The notes beneath the pieces were generated by a model. The model did no database searches, was not told the origin of the DNA, and saw nothing but the letters and a program-made list of their open reading frames with translations. The position numbers and the translations under genes were made by a program. This document shows, piece after piece, positions 13,256 to 28,195 of a DNA stretch of 64,000 bases; within the stretch, counting starts at the first letter, position 1; each line of letters opens with the position of its first letter. This DNA comes from Lytechinus pictus (Eukaryota), in contig NC_087251.1 in the NCBI RefSeq assembly GCF_037042905.1, forward strand, positions 39,124,001 through 39,188,000. Reading direction: 5' to 3'.

Positions 13256-13499
13256 GGCCCCGTCTTACAAAGAGTTGCTATTGGTCCGATCAATCGCAAC
13301 TATGGAAAGTCAGCAACATCAACATCTATTATGCATATTCAAAATATTTTCTAACTATGATTCTTGAAAATTTGCTGTGCTTTCTCTTTGTTTACAAAAA
13401 AACATTGTGCAAATTTCCTGTAGATAAATTATGACACTGATGGATTTCCATAGAGTTACGATTGATTGGATCAATCGTAACTCTTTGTAAGATGGGGCC
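13256..13499. mobile_element. GGCCCCGTCTTACAAAGAGTT-family MITE
   Basis: Same TIRs and interior as 1443-1716 (both translate to the spurious PSYKELRLIQSI peptide). Confidence 0.8.
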
Positions 13500-14329
13500 T
13501 TGAAGAACATGTTCCGGTCGTGCGTAACTGAAACACCATCCAGATAATACAAAGAATTCTAAATATCTTTACATCGTTTACAGGGGAACTTACATGGATT
13601 TACCAATATTTTGTTATCAACCTTCGATAGTGACCTAAATTATATTAATCCATTTGCTGAAATTTGGTAACCATTATTCGTTTTAAGTAAAAGGGACGTA
13701 TACTAAAAGTATATCATTCAATATTGTAATTGTAAAAAGCCAGTGAAGGAAATGCTTCTCTGTCATAGACTAATAAACTGAAATTGATTATTTTGAAACT
13801 AAAATAGATTAACCTATGACTTTTGACCTGGATCATGACCTAAAACTCATGTCAAATGATCATTGATACTTAAATTATTATGTTTCATAAAATAGTTCCT
13901 TTATGATTTCAAAGTTATAATGATATCTCTAAAGCTTAACATTGGTTACGCTTTTAATGTGAATATACCACCACTCAAAGTTAATTGACCTTATGACATT
14001 TTTTTCAGTTCAATTCAAATCGAGTATATTCATATTTCTTTAAAAACACATCAAAAATACATTTGAAGTTTATATGATCTGAAACTCTTGCAAGATAGCC
14101 CTTCTGTCCAGGTTTCAAGAAAACATTCATATACTTTCAAAATTAGGATGACATTTCAACCCGGCATTTCAAAAATATTTTAAAACCTTTTTTTTAATGC
14201 TGACGTAGGAAAAGTGGCGCCTTAATGCGAGGCAAATATAAGATAAATTGTCGTATGCATGAAGGTGAACCAATTTGGTTGACACATTTTTTAAAATCGA
14301 ATCCTGTTGTAGAATTTAATTCTCTTCAT

Positions 14330-14730
14330 GTAACGTAAAGTCCTTCAGTCGATGTCAAACCGGTGTAAGACCAACTGGATTATTGGTGACCCCTCTTACC
14401 ATGGTGAGACGAGCGCTGCATCGGGTGAGCTTTCCCAACTTTCCAACCATCTTATCATCCACGTCCACATCCTATTCTTTCTCATGATAAATCTGGGATG
14501 CTCTCAAATGGGAAATCGAATTTGCTGGTAAATAATTACGTCAGACCTCATCTCACCATAAGGTATACACGGCTGCCTTCCAGGTAATATTCTCTTATCC
14601 ACCTGACCTGCCATCACCTTCTGATGAAAAACTTCTCCATTTCCCGTGGTCCATGCCGCATGGAAGGTGATGTGTTCTCAGTTGTAGGCCTCCTCCACTT
14701 GGTCGATCTGGACCATGCATGCAGGTTGAC
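14330..14730 (-). mobile_element. Possible highly decayed RTE-type LINE 3' end
   Basis: Minus-strand peptides QKVMAGQVDKRILPGRQP and MVRGVT...HRFD loosely resemble RTE ORF C-termini. Confidence 0.3.
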
Positions 14731-14731
14731 T

Positions 14732-14987
14732 ATAGAGTACTGAAGCGATGACGTCAGTTGCCATGGTGTCATGGCGGCCTGGTTCTAAACAAATGAATCC
14801 GCCGAAAGAAAACGTGTGTCTCTCATAGGAGAAAATGGCTGCTATCGGAATTTGATCGCTTGCAACCTATTTTTCAGACTAACCAATGTCATACAAAATG
14901 TGTACAGACGATCGGCAGCTGCGACTCTGTTTAGAACCAGCCCGCCATGACAACATGGCAACTGACGTCACACTTCGGTACTCTATT
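14732..14987. mobile_element. MITE with ~60-bp TIRs
   Basis: atagagtactgaag...gacgtcagttgccatg...ggttctaaaca vs tgtttagaacc...catggcaactgacgtc...cttcggtactctat. Confidence 0.75.
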
Positions 14988-16781
14988 GCGCCGACGACGA
15001 AAAGAAAAAAAAAAAAAAGGAAAAGAATACAAGTGAAAGAGTCTGTTACACATATTTTCTCTTGTAGGTCACACCCCCCCCCAAAAAAAAAATAAATAAA
15101 GTGTTGCAAGGTAAATTTTTCATTATTGAAAGTTGGCAGTCAATATGGTGACGTGGCTCACAGCCAAAAATGCACGATCAAAGTTTCAATGATATATTAT
15201 ACATATAGTTACAATTACAGTTAACATATTTGTAACTCTGACATATTTCCTTTATCTCGGTCCCGTTTCATAAAGACTGGATGATTTCTAAAAACAACTC
15301 TATCAGCCAATTAAATTGAATGATTTTAGCAAGTTTTAAATGTTATTGCGAATTTGTTAATATGTTTTACCAAACGGGTCCCTGGTATGTCTTGTATCAA
15401 TAAAGGACCTCTGTTACCCAATTCAAGTTGTTTCGTACTGACATAGAGCGCTGGATGCGACTCATGCATGAATGATGTCATCTTTAATTTATTCAAAATA
15501 TCCACCAAAACAAATTTGGACTAACTAACAAAAAAATATTTGTCAGTTTGTTTAGTTTTATGTCCCTTAAAAAGCTCCCGATCTCATTCAAGCAGTGACA
15601 TCAGATATCAATCAAGGTCAGCGCCGTCGTCTAACATTTTACAATAAACAATGGCATGTGCTCGGAGTCCCTAAAGATTCTCTGCTCTCAAACATTACAC
15701 TGCCTTTCACTTGCTAGTGATGCCTCACCATGCCTGACATATAGCACCGAGTATGTTCAAATTGCAAACTGGTGGTTATCTCCCATCTCTGGTGAAGCTA
15801 CATATTACTGGCCCTTAATTAGCTCAACGGCAATTAGTTGATGGTGTCACTGTATTCAAGGATTTAGAACTCTTTTAATAATAGTAATAATAACCATAAT
15901 AATAATGATATTATTATCATTATATTAAAATCAACTTTTTGATGTTTTAAGTACTTCACAGAATCTTTCTTAATCCTTCTGGGTCTGTTTCATAAAGCAT
16001 TACAAATTATGGCTACTTTGTAGTTATGGCAACTGCCATGGCAACAATCAAATCAAGGACCACTGCAGTTACAATAATGGCAAAACTGTTGTAATTGTAA
16101 ACTTACATTTCAAACGGGCCCCTGGTCAATTTTCTTACACTACCAAAAATTATCATATATTATACATGTATCATTTATTATAAAAACCAAAAAACTTTTC
16201 TGACAGGAGCCATCCTTTCCCTTTGTCTCATGACAAAGAGGCTGTGTCACATCTTAATTCATGTTTAGCAGGGTATTCTCATCTGTCTCATTGGACTGAA
16301 AGAAAATGGTTGTTTTTATTTGTTTTTCCTCAATTTATTTCAGTATGCTCTAAACAAGTGAAATAATATTTCTTTTTAAATTGCGAGGCATAAGGTCGCC
16401 TGCTTATTTTATTTTTTAATAGGGGTTCAATAAGTTTTGTTCTGTAGATATTTTTTTAGGAGGATATTTTTGGATAGAATTGGACTTGACCACATCGGAA
16501 CGTGAACTGTCTGAAAAAATATTTAGGTGGATATGGGCAAAGTGAACATTCATATTTTGCTGCATATAAAAGTGTTCTACAGACAAAAGCATTAATCAAC
16601 TATGCGTTGAAATATAAATCCGGAGAGGACGTTTTTGGACAGAAATGGCACCCACTCGGGGTTAATAGTCACGGAAAATCAATTCATCTGTTACTTATAG
16701 TTTGTTTTTATAATTTCAATGACATTTCAATTATAAATTATGATTGGTAAGACGATGCTTAATGATTGCAAGAATTCAGAT

Positions 16782-17001
16782 AGGAAAGAGTTCCTCTTGC
16801 GACAGCCACCCAAAATAACAAAAGATTGATAATTACACACACTCGATTCTGCTCGAAAATTTGACGGAATAAAGCCATATTTTGGTGTATATGGAACTCT
16901 TGCCCATATATGTTCTATATTCGGGCTAGATATATTATTTTGAACTTTCTCCATGTTTTTATTTTTAATTTTGGGTGGCTGTCGCAAAAGGAACTCTTCC
17001 C
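16782..17001. mobile_element. TA-flanked MITE
   Basis: ~35-bp TIR ggaaagagttcctcttgcgacagccacccaaaat / attttgggtggctgtcgcaaaaggaactcttccc. Confidence 0.75.
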
Positions 17002-17739
17002 TAAAGATGCGTGGGCTGAAAATTGAAGAACAAATCGGAATGGTCAATAATTTAACAAATAAACGTGTATTTTCCCTTTCTTATAAGTTGCTCTAACATT
17101 GCCCAATAGATTACACATTTTTCTGTTCATGATTCACCGGCCTTTTTTATAATATAAATCTACCTTGATTGTAAAACAACCCTTTAGTAAAAAGTTATTA
17201 ATCTTTTGAGTCTGCACAAGTTTGCGTAATAACTGGCAAAGGGCCACTTTGAATGAATCTTTGCAAACGACAATAATACCATGCATGCTTTAATTTCCAT
17301 TGGCGGAACTAGGCGTCAGCAATGAAACACATTTCTTTGAGCTGTTTTAAAAAGGTTCCAAAGTTTCCCTAATTTTGATATTTTAAAGATTACTACACTT
17401 ACCTGGTTATCACCAAAGTAATGTTAAAAATCAAATCCATTCCTCTCATATGCAGTAAAACCAGGCAATCTGGGGGATGTCCCGATATATTTTGGATAAA
17501 ACCTATCCACTGTTTAAATTCTGCAGTCGTTGTGCGTGGCGCCTTCGTCACGGCTTGCATTCCTGTCAGAAAAAAAACATTCGCTCTCGCCTGCCCTTTC
17601 AGCTTTTCAAAATTTCCCGCCATTGTTCGCTTTTTCTTTTGCCCCAGCGCATAATGGACCTATTATTGGCGGACATTCGACCTTTTGGATTCTATTCATA
17701 GTTATTGTTTCCGTCAGAAGGGACGGATCACTGAACTAC

Positions 17740-19031
17740 AATGGGGCGGATCCAGGATTTCATAGGAGGGGAGGGGTCGAAATTTGAAATGGAGGCAGAT
17801 TTTGTTTGTGGCATATACCTGGTATAGCATGCGCGTATTCGGGGGGGGGGGGGTGGGGGCTTTCGGGGCCTGGGTCCCCCGGATAGGCGAAAGGGGGAAG
17901 GGGCGCCAAAATGAGGAGGAAAGAGAGGGAAAGAAAAGGGGGAGGAAAAAGGAGGGAGTATCAAAAACTTTCAGTTCGCGTTTCGTGCTCGCATCGATTA
18001 ATTAGATGTCCATCCTGTTCATGATTACAGAAAGTGCTTCGGATGTCCACATTTTAAGGCAGAAAATCAAAAATTTTCAGCTCGCGCTTCGTGCTCGCAT
18101 CAATAAAATTGCTAAGTTAGATGACCATCCTACTCATGATTACCAAAAGTGCTTAGAATGTCAAAATTTTAGTTCAGAATCTCAATTTTTTTCAGCTCGC
18201 GCTTCGCGCTCAGTTTTTGGTCAGAAATTAAAAAAATGTGAGCTCGCGCTTCGCACTCTCATAAAATGTTGAGTTAGATAAGGTGACGATCCTGTTCATG
18301 GTTAGATAAAGTGCTTAGAATGTCCAACTTTGGGTCGGAATATAAAAAAATTTAAGCTCGCGCTTCGCGCTCGCATAAAACGATATGTTAGATATCCATC
18401 CTGCTCATGATTACCAATAGTGCTTAGAATGTTCAAATTATAGGTCAGAATATCATAAATTTTCAGCTTGCGCTTCGCGCTCGCATCAATTATTTAGATA
18501 GAAACCCATCCTTAAAATATAAAAAAAATTTTGCTCATGGTTAAGTGCTTAGAATGTCCAATTTTGGGTCAGAAATTAAAAAAAAATTCAGCTCGCGCTT
18601 CGCGCTCGCATCGACATTGTAATATATATATATATACGTTTACCCATGATGTTAAGAATGTCCGATCGGGAAACTTATACATGAAAATATCTCCCCTGGT
18701 AAAGAAAATTACAGCTCCCGCACAAATAATCTTAGTAAGGCCTACCACTCTGATGAGAAGTTGAATTAAATAAAATAAAAAATTGAAATTAATTAAAATT
18801 GAATTAAATTAAAATTCTATGTTTTCTGGTCGCATTTATTCTTTTCAAAATGTGGTATTACAACATATTCATGGATATTTTTTTCATGAACACATAAAAA
18901 AGTGGTCTTCGATTGCTTTTTTCACGTGATTATGAAATAAGATAACTCAACATGCATTTAAGGCACCTATGATTGTCTGGCGGGGGGGGGGGGGTGGGGC
19001 GCCAAAATTAGGTCGGGCCCCACGGGGTGCA
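17740..19031. mobile_element. GGCGGATCCAGG-family element carrying a tandem array with GCTCGCGCTTCGCGCTCGC cores
   Basis: Ends ggggcggatccaggattt / aaatcctggatacgcgcctg; about 7 degenerate units at 17960-18620. Related units recur at 19320-19990, 21010-21250 and 33950-34420. Confidence 0.65.
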
Positions 19032-20344
19032 AAATCCTGGATACGCGCCTGTATAGGCGTCAGGAATGGGGGACTGGTAATGAATTTGGAAAATTCGTCA
19101 AATTATGACTATCATTGTCTTCTTCTTTTGTAAAAAAAAAAGAAATACTCTTTTTTATTTTCCTTTTTTGTGCTTACTTTTTTTTATATGTATAAATATA
19201 TTTGGAAAAAAGGAGATAGTGATATCATATTTGCTTTCCAATCCCAGATCCTTACAGATACGCAAGTATAAATATACATACACTCACTCACTTGCACATA
19301 CGGGTCCTATTCAGCTAACAAACATATGTGAGCGCGAAGCACATATACTGACCTGAAAAAATAAGTGACATTTCAAGCACAGTTTGAATACATGAAAAAG
19401 GTAAATATAAGCCACTAACTGAATAACGTGAGCGCGAAGCGCGAGCTAAAATATTCTGATATACTTTCCTGAAAACGGGACATTTGAAAATTGCTTTAAT
19501 ATATGAACAGAATAAGTATACAACTAAAGAAATTATGCGAACGCGAAGCGCGAGGTAATATTTTTCCCGACCTGAAACCGGGATATTTCAAGCACAGTTT
19601 AGATTAATGAAAAGGATTAGTATAACGCAAAACAAATCATGCGACCTAATTTTTGATAAATTGATAATGGGACATTTCAGTAACCGTGCGAATTTATAAG
19701 GATATCACTAAATAGTGCGAGAGCAAAGCGCTACCTGTTTTTAAATATAATGTATAGGCCTAAATACTGACCTCAAAAGGAGATTCCAAACAACTTATGA
19801 ATTAATGAAGATGTTAATTATATCATTAAACATATGATGTGATCCAGAAGCGTGAGCTAAATTTTGTTTGAATTCTGACGAGAAAACGGTACATATCTTA
19901 ATAAGTAAATAATGCACGCGCGAAGCGCGAGCTTAAATCTTTTGGTATATTTAAAGCATGAATACGGTATGCATCTTACTATAATGCAGGCGTGGAGTGC
20001 AATCTAAAAGTTAAGTTAATATACTAAACAGAAAAATATTCAAATCATCTTTTGTAATCATGAATGTGATATTATGCCAATAAGCCAGTTCGTACGTAGT
20101 TCCACTCTGCGCATAACCAGAGGAAGGTCATTGGTACTAAAGTGACAATGGTGGTTTAAAATTTAATGAGATAAGCACCAACTTTGTTGTCTTGATTATT
20201 CATATATTCTTTCGAATTGGGTTTTTCATTTACATCAACAAAAATAACAATGCGTCGACGAACGACTGGTCCAGTTTGCCAAGTACGTTGTACAACATGC
20301 TTTAATATGCATTCAAAGTAGAAATGCAACAAATACCTTCATAG

Positions 20345-20586
20345 CACTGGCAGATCCAGGGGGGGGGGGCACAGCCGGCCCGTCCCCCCTTGAGAGGCAC
20401 AATTAAAATTTTAAATGTAAAAATGCCTTTAAAACAGAAGTGTGCCCCCTTTTTTTCTGCTTGTCAAATTTGTTTGTGGACGAAATACCCCTTATTTTGG
20501 GTTAAAACCTTTTTTTTTTGCTTGTCAAATTTTTCCTCGGGAAAATGTGCCCCCCCCCCTTTCGAAAAATCCTGGATCCGCCCCTG
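20345..20586. mobile_element. hAT-type MITE
   Basis: cactggcagatccagg ... cctggatccgcccctg; 8-bp TSD CTTCATAG (20337-20344, 20587-20594). Confidence 0.85.
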
Positions 20587-21612
20587 CTTCATAGAGTGTT
20601 CATTGATGTGCTATTTTAGGAGGCGTTTCATGAAAGGACTTGTCGGACGTTTTATCCGACAAATCTCATTTTATCCGACAGTTACCATAGGAACAATGCC
20701 TCTCAACCAATCAAAATCAGGGAAAGATGTCAGATCTGACAACTTGACGGATGAAAATGTTGATGAAACGCTCCCCTGGTCTATTCAATTTCTTCATACT
20801 GCTATGTAAGGCATGCTTACGTAATATCTTGCTATGAAATTTGCCTATCATAATGAAAGAAGTGAAAGGTCATTTGACCAAATTGTCCATAAAGTAACTA
20901 CGAACTTGTCTATAAGGAAAAGGGCTACCTCCAAAAGGAAATTTTAAGATTAGGCCTATTGTACAAATTCATGAACAGAACGTATGTCAGAAGGCCTATA
21001 CAAAAACAATGTAAGCGCGAAGCGCGAGCTAATTTTTTTTAAAAGTACATTCAGAACTGTAAACACATTTTTGTATGAGTAGGATGCGTATCTTACAAAA
21101 AAGACTAATGAAAGTTTGAAGAGCAAACTTAACTTTTTATTTTCACATTTACATGAGAACAAATAAGCTCCATGTAATCCTTATGAATAGGATGTATTTA
21201 ACGTGTAATGTGCGTACGAAGCGCAATCTTTATTTTGACCTGAAAAGGCCAAAAGGTTTGATGTTTGCTAATTCTCCCGTCATTTTCTTCCCCCTTTAAT
21301 TTTTCTTCATTTTCTTTTTTTTTTCTTATCACTTCCTTCCTCTCCCTTCTTTTTGTCTTTATATTCCCGCTGCCAACAGAGGACAGCAGCCGCTTTGGCT
21401 CCCTAGGCCTAGATCTGCCTCATATCTTACAATTTCCCTTCCTAATCAATTTTTATGGTACCAGGTATAGCCAAAAAAAAAAAAAAAGGCTTTTGGTCTT
21501 GGATTCACAATTATGTGAAAATCAATGACCGATATTATCCTTTTACACACTCTGCCTTTCGGCCAATTCTTTTTTTCTTCTTTCTCTTTTTATTCTCTTT
21601 CCCTTCTTTTGT

Positions 21613-21915
21613 GGAGCGTTGTGGCCCAGTGGATTAGTCTTCAGACTTTGAAACAGAGGGTCGTGGGTTTGAATCCCAGCCATGGCGTAATTTCCTTCAG
21701 CAAGAAATTTATCCACACTGTGCTGCACTCAACCCAGGTGAGATGAATGGGTACCCGGTAGGAAGAAATTCCTTGAATGCTTTGAGCGCCTAGGCAGCCC
21801 AGCTAAAGCCGGGGTAATAATAATAGCAGGGCCCGCTGGGAGAACAGTTTTCGGAACTGAAGCGGCTTCCCTGGGTAAATATACCTGTATTATTATTATT
21901 ATTATTATTATTATT
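21613..21915 (+). mobile_element. tRNA-derived SINE, full length
   Basis: A box (tggcccagtgg), B box-like (ggtttgaatcc), body shared with 58285-58552, (TAT)n tail. Confidence 0.85.
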
Positions 21916-24900
21916 CTTTTCATCATTCTATTTTCGTTATATCTTCAAATGTATTAATTACTGGGAGGGCCCTGGACTCCCATTTAAAAGGAAAAAAATC
22001 AGGGGGTATGGGTGCAGGGTCGTTCTAGCATGGCCTTTTCTTCCCACCTTCATTTTCCTTTTATCCCCTTCTTCTTTTGATTTTCTTTATCCCATCCACT
22101 TCTACTCATTCTCTCTTTCATTCATTTAGAATGTCAAGGCAACATGTCACTGCTGACACATGAACAACAAAAATAAAGAAATAAATCACAAAATATATCC
22201 TGTTTGTACCTGCTGTATATTCTCTTTCACTTTGTAACAACTAGTGCAGATGAAACAAAAACCGTCCGTCTCGTTACTTCAAGAACTGCTCATTCATTTA
22301 AATTCCTCATCACATTATAATACTATTAACAAATGTAGTAAAACCTGACATACAATATACAGTACACTGCTTCTCCTGTCATCCAGTTAATATACACAAA
22401 CATACATTATTATTTTTTTAAATACATAGATAATCATATTCCACTCATCATTATATCTGCAGAGGAAAATGAGCCGACGAGTAAGAAACCTCATATTTGA
22501 TACATATAAATAATACAAGTTATTATAATTACATTAATAAGCTACTTCTCAAAAAGTGTACACGCATTACTGTAATTCATTTTTATATAGTTAGTTTACC
22601 TATAGACACATCTATGTTTAACATTTATCTCAATTTCATCAACTAGCAAGGCAAAGTATTTCTTCTCTCTTTAAAAAACAAAGCATTAATAAAACTCAAC
22701 ATTGTTATCATCTACGAATACAGGAAATAATTCCAATACCAGTTTTGCATACAGTTAACTGTTTGTACTCTTTTTGCCCCCTACATGTAAACCTCGAGAC
22801 AATTTTAAAATGAGGTAAATAATTTATCTTACCCTATGTTTAAAGTCATCAAACAGATAAACTTTGCCACCATCTTGTGATGGTATGGTATAAATACATC
22901 TGCAAAGATGCAGAAGCGCACACACAATACTCACAGCAATCGTCAATAGGTCTCACTAAAAAGAGAATAAAACCTTATAATTGAATAACTATGACAAAGA
23001 AGAATAGTGGTCAGTTTTTCACACCGAAATAAATGGCGAGCAAGAACGAGAGGAAAAACAGAGAGAAACAGGCTTGGAAGACTCAAACTTTTGGCTAGCC
23101 TGCAGATTTCATTAGTTCTATCACAGTGCCACTCTGATTCTATTTTGAACTGTTTGACCTTGACAATGACATTGATACATTCTTAATATTGAGGTTGCTT
23201 TGCTTTGGTCTGTTAAATAAATCACAGCCTGAGCTCATGCAGATTTAATAAACCTCCAGAAAATTCCTTGATTCCCTTCCCAACGAGTTTCATCGATCGA
23301 ACAAAGCAGTGGCACTGTGCATACTTCTACAAAAGCCTTCAAAATATTAAAGCCATTTCAACACTGTCTGGCACAAAGGACTATTTTCATTTCAGCTTAT
23401 CCTAAAAAGCACGGGTAAAAAGCAATCACAACAAATTGCAATGTATTTCAAATTTTCACTTCTCCTAAATCACGACCCTCTCTCTTAACAGATCACACAC
23501 ACAAACACACCCCCACATAGAACAGGTACATCTAGTTCAAGGTCCCCATTTCATAACACGTTTGTTAGAATAACAAGTTTACTATCAGCCAATCAAATCA
23601 AATGATTTCAGTAGCTTTAAACTGTTATTGTAACAAGTTTTATGAAACAGGCCCCTTATTTGTCATTTCATGAAAATAAAAACAATCCTGTAATTTCTAA
23701 GTAAAATCAAACTGACCCGGTGACCTAAAGCTTAGCGATTAATTGTAGGACTGATTTTTACAGTTGATAAAACACAATAATCAAGGCAATCAATCGTAGA
23801 AACTAGCCCAACGATCAATTGCTATGCTTTATGCTACAGGCCATGATCAGAAGCACAATGCGTTATCATAGTCAGTTGAATGTATGAAATGAAAGATTAA
23901 TTTCAATTGGTTGCACCTAATCACAAAGAAAAGAAAAATAGCGCTCTAGTATAAAGCCCATTTCGCATTGCTGCAATGGAAACATGACTGCTTGGCAATC
24001 CATGTTTCATTTCGTAAACGACAGCAGAAGAAAGAAAAAAAATAATCTGACTACAGCATGCACGAAAGAAAAATACAAAGAAACTAAATTAAAGGTCACA
24101 GAATTAAATATAATCAAATTTTCACCCACAAACCTGTGGACTGACTAAAAATTATAATGCCAGTCATAGCAAGGAAACCAACCCAGACCTACCAAAGCTA
24201 CTACATTACTTTGATTAGCATACCATCGGTCGGTTTAGAGTCGGTTTCGTAGGTATGACCGGGGCATCAAGTTATAGATATGGGCCTAAAGCAGGTAATG
24301 AGTTGCAATAATTGCATCTTATTTGATCACACAATTCCAAACATCATTCACACAATATTCTATATATTTGTACAAGGATAAATTGGACCTAAATGCATTT
24401 TAAAAAATGGAATATGAACATTTTCACTGCACGGTCCGCATTGTCCCATTACAATTGTATTTGTTAATGATTAAGATCTCATTCATTAATAAGCAGTATT
24501 AGATTCAATTTCTCTTATTAAGAACCATTAATTGTGTTAACTACAGTTTCCCTACATTCATTATAATCAAATTACAATTAGCAAGATGCCTAAAGAAGAA
24601 TATTTTGTTTCTAATAGTACTGTTGCTTCATATTGTTTTACCTCCTAGTTAAGTAAGAAAATGAGATAAACACCTTGCCTAAACAATTAAACAGCTCTAC
24701 AAAAAACAATCAAAATGTCAAATTACATTGCCAAATTACACTTCACTTTTAATACATGATTAAAAAATATTAATATCCATATTCATTGTACTTCCCCAAA
24801 TAACATTGTTTGTAAAGAGAGAATTAAAAATAAAAATGCTTAAATACTCTGGCCATCGCCCTTGAGACCTTAAAAGTTATTTTGTCTTGTTTCAATATTT

Positions 24901-27900
24901 TGATCATAAACAGAAATACGGCAATTAATTGTGGAAACTGGTTTACTAATATATAGTAGTATAGTTTCCTCTTTATTCATCCCTAATATGAAAGGCCAAT
25001 GTTGTTGAATAGGCCTATCCAACCAGGCGGGCGTTTCAAAAATCTGTTCTTGAAATTACGCATGATTGGAATATGTTCTTCTGTGTTAGGTGAGCTACAC
25101 ACGGATGCATCATATAGCACAAGAAACACGCACCAGAGAATATACCTATTTTCGTACATGGGTGCTCTCCAGAGATACAGGTATAATAATATGTATGTTA
25201 AATGGGTGATTGTTTTAATGTAGAAGGGGTGTGCATTTCGCCTGCATCCACTGTTCTAGGAAAATAATTTACTAATGAACATCAGCCGAACCGCACCTTC
25301 TACATTTATCATTTGTACGTGATCTAAACACCACAACTTTGGGCAGCTAGCCTTATTACTGAACCATATGGCACTCTCCTAATTTGACTGAATAAAATGT
25401 CAGATTATAATTGATTTGTTTCCTGCACACTTGTATAACACAGGTAAACACGCATTACAGCATAGAGACACTAGTAGCACACCCAGGTCTGTCTATATCC
25501 ATGCTTAAACACTGGACCCCATAGAACGAGGGAGCATTTCATCAAACAAATAGTGATTTTTCCACTGATAACTGTTATAAGCTATTAAAACCCTTGAATC
25601 TGATTGATCCAGAGCAAGTTAGTTGGTGAAAATTATTTACGAGCTGCTTCATGACACGCTCTCTTGACAAATATGGTCTTCCGAAACTCGCGAGGATTAT
25701 CATCAAGCTACAAGCCAAAAGCTGGGATGCCGCTTGGGCTTGATAACAAAACAAAAAGTCTGAAATCATCTAGAATGACCCCTCTCCTACATCAAAAAGT
25801 TGTTTCCTATGGCCGGAAATATGTTGGAAAGGTCTGAATTCAGACTGTAGTCTGAAAAGTGGCATCCCTACAAAAGCCCTTGCACTCAGTAGGCACTATC
25901 ACCTACCTAACTTACATCAGTGCTACCAACCCACGGGACAATGCACCTTGCCTGACATTTCATCAGAAGTAAATCAACCTGAACAACGGCAGTCCCGTAT
26001 GTCAAAAGCTGAAAATCAGTATTTTGGGGAGGAAATTCTCAAAGAAATACCATAGGGTAGCAGATAAACCTGTAACTTTAGAAATCAGTATTTTGCATGA
26101 AACCATTAGTATTCTCATTTTTCAGTACTTAAAACTGAAAATCAGCACTACTGTGTGCATCTAGTCTGTTGCTACTCGTACCTACATTATACAGAGATTT
26201 CTAGGCACCTTTTTTTCTGAATTGGAAATATGAAATAAAAATAATGAATTTAAAACCAATACGGGATATAGGTACCATATATTACCATGAGATGCGAATT
26301 GCAATGATAAGGTCTCTAGAAATATACGATGGTACATTTACAATTAATACTCGTGAGGGTCACAAAAAATGTGTTTCTATAGATATGTAGTAAATAACAA
26401 AAATATTCACATTTGTACAAAATATGCAACAAAAGATTTAACAATTATGAACAGGAAGCCAAAAATATAATTAAGTACATCTTAGTATTTTGTAAAATTT
26501 TTTTCTTCACTCTTAAGAAAAAAGAATTTGGTTTTCATAAGTTAGGATTCTATTTACTAATGAAAGACACATACAAGACTATTCCAGGAAACAGTTAAGT
26601 TAAATGCTGTAGCGGATATGGTGATAATAAATAAAACTCAAGTTCATAGGTCAACTTTAACAAAAACTTATTAAATTCTTATAAGACATTTTGTTTCGTA
26701 GAAATCTTCATTTTGCATTTTACATATACTTTTTTAACCTCAAAATAGTCCGGATTTGAGGTGTTTTTACATTGAAAAAAAAGGGTATATTCTCTCATAC
26801 AATGCATAAGCCTGAAAATAATACGAGAATTGGACTACATAATGATGATATAATTTGAGGCAAAAGGGAAATATTAATGCGATGTTACAAGGGATAATGT
26901 TGATGACCTTAGTTTAATCCCTACAAGTGTGTCATGGTCTAGTGGATCTGACTCTCAACACTCAATCAGAAGGTCGTGGGATCATGCTGTACTTACAACC
27001 CTCCCTCATTTGGTTTTTCATGAATGAAATATTTGTATTCATGAGGGCTTCTACAGGACCTAAGGGTACGAAACAATGATTTCACTTATCCATGTGTATT
27101 GGCATACTCACTCTAATAAATATATGTTGGTCGTTCGAAGTACAACTGGATAAATCACATGATTTGGCATATTGCGCATTACTTGACAAACGGCCAGACA
27201 AACCTATCAACATTTTCAATCTAGTTTAAGTAGCTTCCAGCACTACCATTTCCTTTGAAAGTATTTCCGCAAAATATGGCATACTGCTTACATTGTATTT
27301 CTGCCTATAGTTCTACAGTATATGAAAGTAATAAGTATCAATCATTCATACTAGACATTATGATTGTGACCAACTTCTGTCTTTAAAAAATTTCAATGAA
27401 GTTACTTTCGCATTATAAAAAGACAATAGGATATTCTTTTTCATATGAACTGTTTTCTGGCTCACGCATTGGATTTTTCACCCCAAAGTACACCTGGTAA
27501 ATACATTTGGGGGGGGGGGGGTAGAGGAGAAAAATTCAAAGAATTACAGTTTTATTTTGCTTTTTTGAGTCAAGATGAGTCAAAGATTTATGTAATATTT
27601 AGGTGATTAATCAAGATTGGCACTAGTTTCCCCGCTTATCAAGTATAGAAAATAAAATGAAATGCATACTGAATTTGAAAATTGTACATGGAAGTGCAAT
27701 TTCAAATGACTGAATGGGATTAAATGTCATTTTTCATTTTTGAAATCAATAATATATAGTTCTGTGTAGTATGAAAACCAATCAAAAGACAACAAAAATA
27801 TGCACCATATGGCAGTAAAGAACAGTAAAGTGTAGTTATATTTCTTTTATCAAATGCTGTGATACCCTTACCATTACTGTTAATAACCCATAGTTTCTAA

Positions 27901-28019
27901 TCCAACAATGTTGGCCTTATGGAGTACGATAACTTAGGACAATGAAGATATTTGTGACAATAAATAAAGGTGTTAATATAGTAGTATTTGAAACAAAATT
28001 GACAAGGACATGATTGGTA

Positions 28020-28195
28020 AGTGATGGTAAAGAGCAAGTTGATGATCATGACGATGATGATGACGTTGACAATAATTATGATGACTGAGGATGAGGGGGA
28101 TGATGATGATAATGACAATAAAGACAATGATAATGTGGATGTTGTTGATGATGATGATGCTGATGACAATGACGTCGATGATGATGGTGATCAAA
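28020..28195. repeat. Degenerate (GAT/GAC)n microsatellite in the probable MRCK 3' UTR
   Basis: Directly visible. Confidence 0.9.

Noticed and set aside
21613..21690. tRNA genes at SINE heads (also 47600-47675, 58285-58355, 60841-60915)
   Set aside because: A/B boxes run into shared SINE bodies and tails; no clean cloverleaf
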